Positions 59,470 to 64,000 of a DNA stretch of 64,000 nt are shown here, one piece after another. Numbering within the stretch: position 1 is the first letter of the stretch; each line of letters begins with the position of its first letter. Made by a program: the position numbers and the translations under genes. Location of the stretch: contig JAZDQA010000001.1 in assembly GCA_043797085.1 (NCBI GenBank), positions 129,004 to 193,003 on the forward strand. The letters run 5' to 3'. The notes beneath the pieces are model-generated. The model was not told the DNA's origin and made no database searches. It saw only the letters and a list, made by a program, of their open reading frames with translations. The DNA comes from Pseudomonadota bacterium. GTDB lineage: Bacteria > Campylobacterota > Campylobacteria > Campylobacterales > Sulfurimonadaceae.

Positions 59470-60582
59470 TTATCCTTTTGGCAGAGCTTTTATTGCATTG
59501 TCTTCAATGGTTCCCTGTTCCACATCGCTATGACATGCCTTACAGTTGGCACGGCTTTTAACGAGGTTGCTTTTGAACACCTCAGCTGGAATATGTCGAT
59601 GGATTCGTTTCCAAAATGGTGTTTGTGTTATTGCTATGATATCGCGATTTTGGAGTGTTTGCATCATTTTAACCAACATCTCTTGTTTTGAGTTTTCAGC
59701 AGAATGGGCAAGGAGATACTCTAAAATGGAACGAGTATCCGCAGGCTCGAGCGAAGCATCGTCCCCAAAGTGATTGGAAAGCTCCCCCATCAGTTTCGTC
59801 CACGATTGTTTAGGCAAGAGTGTGGGCGGATAGAGAGTATGGCATGAAGCGCATTCGTTGACAAACAAAGGAAGCTCTTTTGTATACTCTACTTTTGGTG
59901 TGTGGGAAGCAATTAACGGGTTGTTGGGGACGCTAAGCGCATAGATTAAAATCCCGATACTTCCTCCGATACCGATGATGGCAACGATTTTTTGCAACAC
60001 AGACAGAGTCGCGCTTTCTCCCTCAATATTCTTATGACCGTCAATAATAGAGGTCAAGGTACGATCCGAAGCGTGTAAAAATCGATCGGTCATCACCCCG
60101 CCTATATGTGCTGCGATCAATACCCATAGGACATTGACGAAAAATTCATGAATCTCTTTAAAAAGATCCATTTCACTAAATGCACCCGTGTGCAAAAAAG
60201 CAAGGATTCCCCGATTTTCTTGAATCCCGTAGGCGAGAAATCCGCTGATAATTGCTAATGCCACAGTTGCGAGCATTGCGATCATGATGTAGCTCGCTGC
60301 CGGATTGTGCCCGACATACGTTCGTGAGGGGTTAAAAATCCCCAATAAATATGCTTTTAATGCACTGATACTGAAATTAAAATCGCTGAAACGGGAATAT
60401 TTCGGTCCCATTAGTCCCCATATCAGACGAAAAAGGAGAAGTCCTGCCAAGGCACTGCTTATCGCAACATGAATACTGAGCCAACGATCTTCGTTCGTGC
60501 TGATCCATGCTCCTAAAATCATTGCTACAAATAGCCAGTGAAATAGTCGCGTTGGAAGTGTCCAGACATAAACTCGTTTCAT
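59470..60582 (-). CDS. Cytochrome b fused to a diheme cytochrome c domain
   Basis: W.LPTRLFHW, GHNP, His ligands in TM helices; CASCH and CKACH heme-c motifs. Confidence 0.88.
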   Translation of the reverse strand: MKRVYVWTLPTRLFHWLFVAMILGAWISTNEDRWLSIHVAISSALAGLLLFRLIWGLMGPKYSRFSDFNFSISALKAYLLGIFNPSRTYVGHNPAASYIMIAMLATVALAIISGFLAYGIQENRGILAFLHTGAFSEMDLFKEIHEFFVNVLWVLIAAHIGGVMTDRFLHASDRTLTSIIDGHKNIEGESATLSVLQKIVAIIGIGGSIGILIYALSVPNNPLIASHTPKVEYTKELPLFVNECASCHTLYPPTLLPKQSWTKLMGELSNHFGDDASLEPADTRSILEYLLAHSAENSKQEMLVKMMQTLQNRDIIAITQTPFWKRIHRHIPAEVFKSNLVKSRANCKACHSDVEQGTIEDNAIKALPKG

Positions 60583-60598
60583 AATAATCTCCTAGTGG

Positions 60599-61126
60599 TT
60601 ATTCCCAGCGTCCATAGTTAGGAATATGTATTTCGCGTTCACGGTAGCTTCCAGCGTCGGCTTTAGTATGACAGGCAGTACAGTTAGCGATGCTTTTGAC
60701 TTCAGGCTGTTTGATCATTTTTTGGGTGATTTCACGGTGTTCTTTAACAAAATGAGGTGTTTGAGAAATACGAAGGGCAACAGCACCTTTCATATCTGTA
60801 ATACGGTTATTTTTAGAAGCATACGTCATCAAATAGTTTTGAATCGTTTTTGTATCGGCGGCATCCATGGTGGCATCCGTACCGAAATGGTTATCAAGAC
60901 CTTTCATCGTTTTGTCCCATGAGCGTTTTGGCAAAAAGCCGGCTTGATACGCCATGTGGCATGCCCCACACTCTTTTTTATACAAAGCAGCCGAAGCTTG
61001 ATCCTGTTTGCTTAGCGGTTTACTGTAGGCTGGGCGTGCATGTTCCATCTCGTCATCATCGGCATACAAATAAATTCCACCGACGAACAAAGCGGCAGCA
61101 AGAGAGATATTTAAAAATGTTTTCAT
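60599..61126 (-). CDS. Diheme cytochrome c (DHC family)
   Basis: ECGACH..LP..SW..HFG.DA, NCTACH. Confidence 0.9.
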   Translation of the reverse strand: MKTFLNISLAAALFVGGIYLYADDDEMEHARPAYSKPLSKQDQASAALYKKECGACHMAYQAGFLPKRSWDKTMKGLDNHFGTDATMDAADTKTIQNYLMTYASKNNRITDMKGAVALRISQTPHFVKEHREITQKMIKQPEVKSIANCTACHTKADAGSYREREIHIPNYGRWE

Positions 61127-61137
61127 AAAAGATCCTT

Positions 61138-61545
61138 TTAATTTTTAATAATATAGGTGAGTACATCACCTTTTTCTTGGGCAGTTCCCTCGCGAGCATA
61201 AACATCCACAAAATTACGTTTGAGCCATTTTGTAACCTCTTTTACGCTGGTGAGCCGTTGAGGATTGGCTTTAGGTGAGAGTGGTTCGATTACTTTTCCT
61301 GTAAGCGAATTCTTGCCCGAATTACTGAGATTGGTCGTATGGCACGATGTACAGGAGATCGGTTTGCCTTGTTTGCCTGTATGGGTTGAGGTGAAAATTT
61401 CTTTTCCTCTGGCGGCATCAAACCCTGCAAACGATTTGTTCTCAGTTTTAGCCACACTTGAGAGTTCATTCATGTATTGAACAACTTCGGTTGATGCTCC
61501 CATGAGAGACATAGAACCTATAAGTAAGATAGTCAGGTATTTCAT
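61138..61545 (-). CDS. Monoheme cytochrome c, SHP/DUF1924 family
   Basis: RG..F, SCTSCH, TGK.IEPL.P.ANP.R, KW.KRN, REGT..EKGD. Confidence 0.85.
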   Translation of the reverse strand: MKYLTILLIGSMSLMGASTEVVQYMNELSSVAKTENKSFAGFDAARGKEIFTSTHTGKQGKPISCTSCHTTNLSNSGKNSLTGKVIEPLSPKANPQRLTSVKEVTKWLKRNFVDVYAREGTAQEKGDVLTYIIKN

Positions 61546-61637
61546 ACCGTCCTCCTTGGTTTAGATGCTGTAATGATAGAGGAAAGGTGTGAATATGCGC
61601 AGGAGAGTTTCTTGACAGTTTATTTACTACTTCAAAT

Positions 61638-62060
61638 CTATAGTGTTACCAATTTTTTTTGATTATTGATTTTATAGCTTTCAATTGTACATTTTGGTTC
61701 ACAACCAAACATATGACATCTAGGATTATATTTCCCTTTAAGCTCAGTCAAAATATAAGTTTTAGAATCAGTTATTTTCAATTTATATGTCTCATTTCCA
61801 TAAATTATATTTTTAGTGATGTAATTTCCATCTTTCAACAAAACAATAAATTCTTCGGTAGTTTTTCTATCTTTGATATGTTGAATAATTAAAGGGTTTT
61901 GTTGATCCTCATTGCCAAATGTAAAAACTAATTCATGAAAAATATTATTTTCACAGTCATTTTTAATTTCCTTTAGTTCTTCACTATTCAATTGACCATA
62001 GCACCCTACGACTAACAAATTTATTGATATGATTAATAGAATACGACTTATTTTTCCCAA
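61638..62060 (-). CDS. Lipoprotein, candidate T6SS immunity paralog 2
   Basis: Lipobox VVGC; CENN and CHMFGCEPKCTIESYKIN shared with 62048-62527. Confidence 0.6.
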   Translation of the reverse strand: MGKISRILLIISINLLVVGCYGQLNSEELKEIKNDCENNIFHELVFTFGNEDQQNPLIIQHIKDRKTTEEFIVLLKDGNYITKNIIYGNETYKLKITDSKTYILTELKGKYNPRCHMFGCEPKCTIESYKINNQKKLVTL

Positions 62061-62527
62061 ACTTCTTTATATCCTTTTTTCTTTAGCACTATACCACCAC
62101 CTCCTCCACTAAAGGGGTTCGCACCATTTATTTTATAGTCCTTAATTATACAAGGGTACTCACATCCTTGCCATGTGCAATGTGTTTCAAGTGAAGTATT
62201 TACATCATTTAAAATGTATGATTTTTGACCATCAATAATAAACTCATAAGAATCATGGGTATAAAAGCTTTTATTTATGCTTATAAAATTGTTTTTTGGA
62301 TACACATCAAAGCTGTCAATGATAATGCCATTTTTACTATGATTTATTTTTATCCTCTTAATATCATCTTCAAATGGAAATGACAGATAAATGCGTAGTG
62401 GATTAACTATACCTTGATTTTCACATTTATCTCTCATTGTTTCCACATCTTCGCTTGTTATTGCACATCCTGTAAAATAAAAAAGTGCTCCTAAACACAC
62501 AAGTATCACCATGTTGCTTGATTTCAT
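62048..62527 (-). CDS. Lipoprotein, candidate T6SS immunity paralog 1
   Basis: Lipobox FTGC; CENQ and CTWQGCEYPCIIKDYKIN; directly after the effector candidate. Confidence 0.6.
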   Translation of the reverse strand: MKSSNMVILVCLGALFYFTGCAITSEDVETMRDKCENQGIVNPLRIYLSFPFEDDIKRIKINHSKNGIIIDSFDVYPKNNFISINKSFYTHDSYEFIIDGQKSYILNDVNTSLETHCTWQGCEYPCIIKDYKINGANPFSGGGGGIVLKKKGYKEVWEK

Positions 62528-62536
62528 ATTTTTCCT

Positions 62537-63397
62537 TTATTTTCCTTCAATATATCCGAAACATCCATCAATGAATACATCAAAGGACATTCTAAAAGGC
62601 TGATTTCTTTTATCTTCTGGATTCCAACCCCATGTAAATGATTTAATGAACACCATTTTACTTTTTGCATCATAATCCAAATCTATTATTCCAATCCAAT
62701 GATTTGGTGTAGTAAAAAATGCTTTACGATTAAAAAGCATATCCATATTGATAAGCATTGCAATACAATATCCATTTGTCAGTTTTGTTTGTATAGATTG
62801 TAAATACGAAACTATAGTCTTATCTGTAGGTACAGACACTGCTATATTTGTATCATCATATACTTCTAAGCCAATCAACCCCTTCATGAGTTTAGAGACA
62901 TCCGATGGTATACTAAATCCTGCACCACCTTCACTGATATTCCCTCCATCATCTCCATTTGGATCATAATCAAACATTCCATTTTGGAAGTCTCGTAGAA
63001 CTGTAAGTAATATAAAGTCAGCGGGTTTCATTCTAGGTGGGTATTTACCATCTCCCGGTTTATAGACTTCAAGATGTTTATCGGTATCAGTAGTTACGGT
63101 ATATTTGGCGGCGCTGGTAGCTTTACCATAGGCATGTAAATCGAGGACAAATTGTTTATAGTCTTCATATTCTTTTTTAGCATAGAAAAAAGCGACTACT
63201 GCCATACCGCACAATGAAGTGTGCGACTGATTAATTTGCCAAGGTTCTTTTTCTCTAATAGCCAAATCCTTTTTTATCTCTTCGCGCGTAAAATTGTAAA
63301 AATCGTATGTAACAACCGCTTCTGCCTTTGAAGAGCCAACATTCTCAGCAGTTGTAGTACCTGAACCGATATTTGATTTATTGTGTTTTTCACCCAT
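62537..63397 (-). CDS. Candidate T6SS effector with papain-like Cys/His motifs
   Basis: INQSHTSLCG (Q..C), NHW, FTWG; no signal peptide; directly downstream of vgrG. Confidence 0.55.
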   Translation of the reverse strand: MGEKHNKSNIGSGTTTAENVGSSKAEAVVTYDFYNFTREEIKKDLAIREKEPWQINQSHTSLCGMAVVAFFYAKKEYEDYKQFVLDLHAYGKATSAAKYTVTTDTDKHLEVYKPGDGKYPPRMKPADFILLTVLRDFQNGMFDYDPNGDDGGNISEGGAGFSIPSDVSKLMKGLIGLEVYDDTNIAVSVPTDKTIVSYLQSIQTKLTNGYCIAMLINMDMLFNRKAFFTTPNHWIGIIDLDYDAKSKMVFIKSFTWGWNPEDKRNQPFRMSFDVFIDGCFGYIEGK

Positions 63398-63399
63398 AT

Positions 63400-64000
63400 T
63401 TATTCAGCCTTGCCCAACATAATAATTTTAATATCAGCACCTTGTGCGGTGGAAAAGCGTTCAGTGTGTCCACTCTCATCACTTACTCCTTCGAGTACCT
63501 CTCCCGTGGAAGCAATCAGTTTGTATTTATGATTCACCAATATTTCACCATCTTCAAATTTGAGAATAAATGATTCGTCATGCGTTGCATCGCTCTGTGT
63601 AATAGGAGTTTTTGCCTTCGCTTTCTTCTCCCCCTCACATCCCCCATTAACACAAACCTTCTTCCCTTTGATCTCTACGTACTCACTGGATGCTACTTGG
63701 ATATTGGTTGCGGTGATCTCTATAGTCCCTTCTGCACTCATATGGATAGTACTGTTTCCGACAGTGATGGTGTATTCTTCTCCTACTATGGTTGATTTTA
63801 ATACTCCTACCTCTTCCGTACTACTGATCCCTACGGTTTCATTCTTACTAGCGCCTACTGAGACTTGATACCCTGCACCAATGCTGAGAGCTTTTGCAAT
63901 ATCAATCGTTTCGGTCTTGCTTTTGTTGACTCTCTCGGTTCGGTAGCCGTGGATGGTGACATCTTCGTTATTATCGACTGTCTCACTGCGGTCATGTTGG
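63400..64000 (-). CDS. vgrG: T6SS VgrG, C-terminal part (5' truncated by window)
   Basis: Frame open to the window edge: QHDRSETVDNNEDVTIHGYRTERVNKSKTETI..SIGAGYQVSVGA..ETVG gp5-like beta-helix repeats, then a C-terminal extension with EGVSDESGHT. Confidence 0.8.
   Translation of the reverse strand, partial: QHDRSETVDNNEDVTIHGYRTERVNKSKTETIDIAKALSIGAGYQVSVGASKNETVGISSTEEVGVLKSTIVGEEYTITVGNSTIHMSAEGTIEITATNIQVASSEYVEIKGKKVCVNGGCEGEKKAKAKTPITQSDATHDESFILKFEDGEILVNHKYKLIASTGEVLEGVSDESGHTERFSTAQGADIKIIMLGKAE

Noticed and set aside
1..64000. Numerous 60-170 aa antisense or alternate-frame ORFs in the track (e.g. 4649-5143, 27904-28212, 44974-45474)
   Set aside because: They overlap well-supported genes and lack motifs; treated as shadow ORFs

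Overview
A ~64 kb chromosomal window from a Campylobacterota bacterium; the gene order and protein style look Sulfuricurvum/Sulfurimonas-like (inference). The core backbone has MSHA-like pseudopilin genes, a PAS/Hpt/NIT-hybrid-kinase phosphorelay, uvrC, nadB, two nhaD paralogs, proB, guaA, hemD, a 6S RNA, purD, lptD, an MlaD/MCE protein, pnp, atpE and tRNA-Leu(GAG). An 11.36 kb filamentous-phage (inovirus-like) prophage sits in the tRNA 3' end between exact 28-bp direct repeats (28409-28436 and 39769-39796). It encodes a tyrosine integrase, an HUH Rep, its own secretin, a pI/Zot ATPase, pVI- and pIII-like proteins, two paralogous major-coat-like genes, an HTH repressor and a membrane-anchored Mrr-like nuclease. 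Its non-coding right arm hides an unannotated 20-aa hydrophobic peptide gene plus a tandem ~80-nt RNA with three complementary patches, which reads as a candidate new type I toxin-antitoxin system and is the top finding. Downstream are a CBS-PAS-GGDEF-EAL protein, an RND pump, a repeat-protein/MoxR/DUF2201/Pif1 cluster, an SHP/DHC/cytochrome b operon with a two-component system, and the end of a T6SS vgrG followed by a papain-fold effector candidate and two lipoprotein immunity paralogs. All calls come from reading motifs by eye; no database searches were run. Some start codons were moved from the ORF track where RBS or overlap evidence favoured another start.
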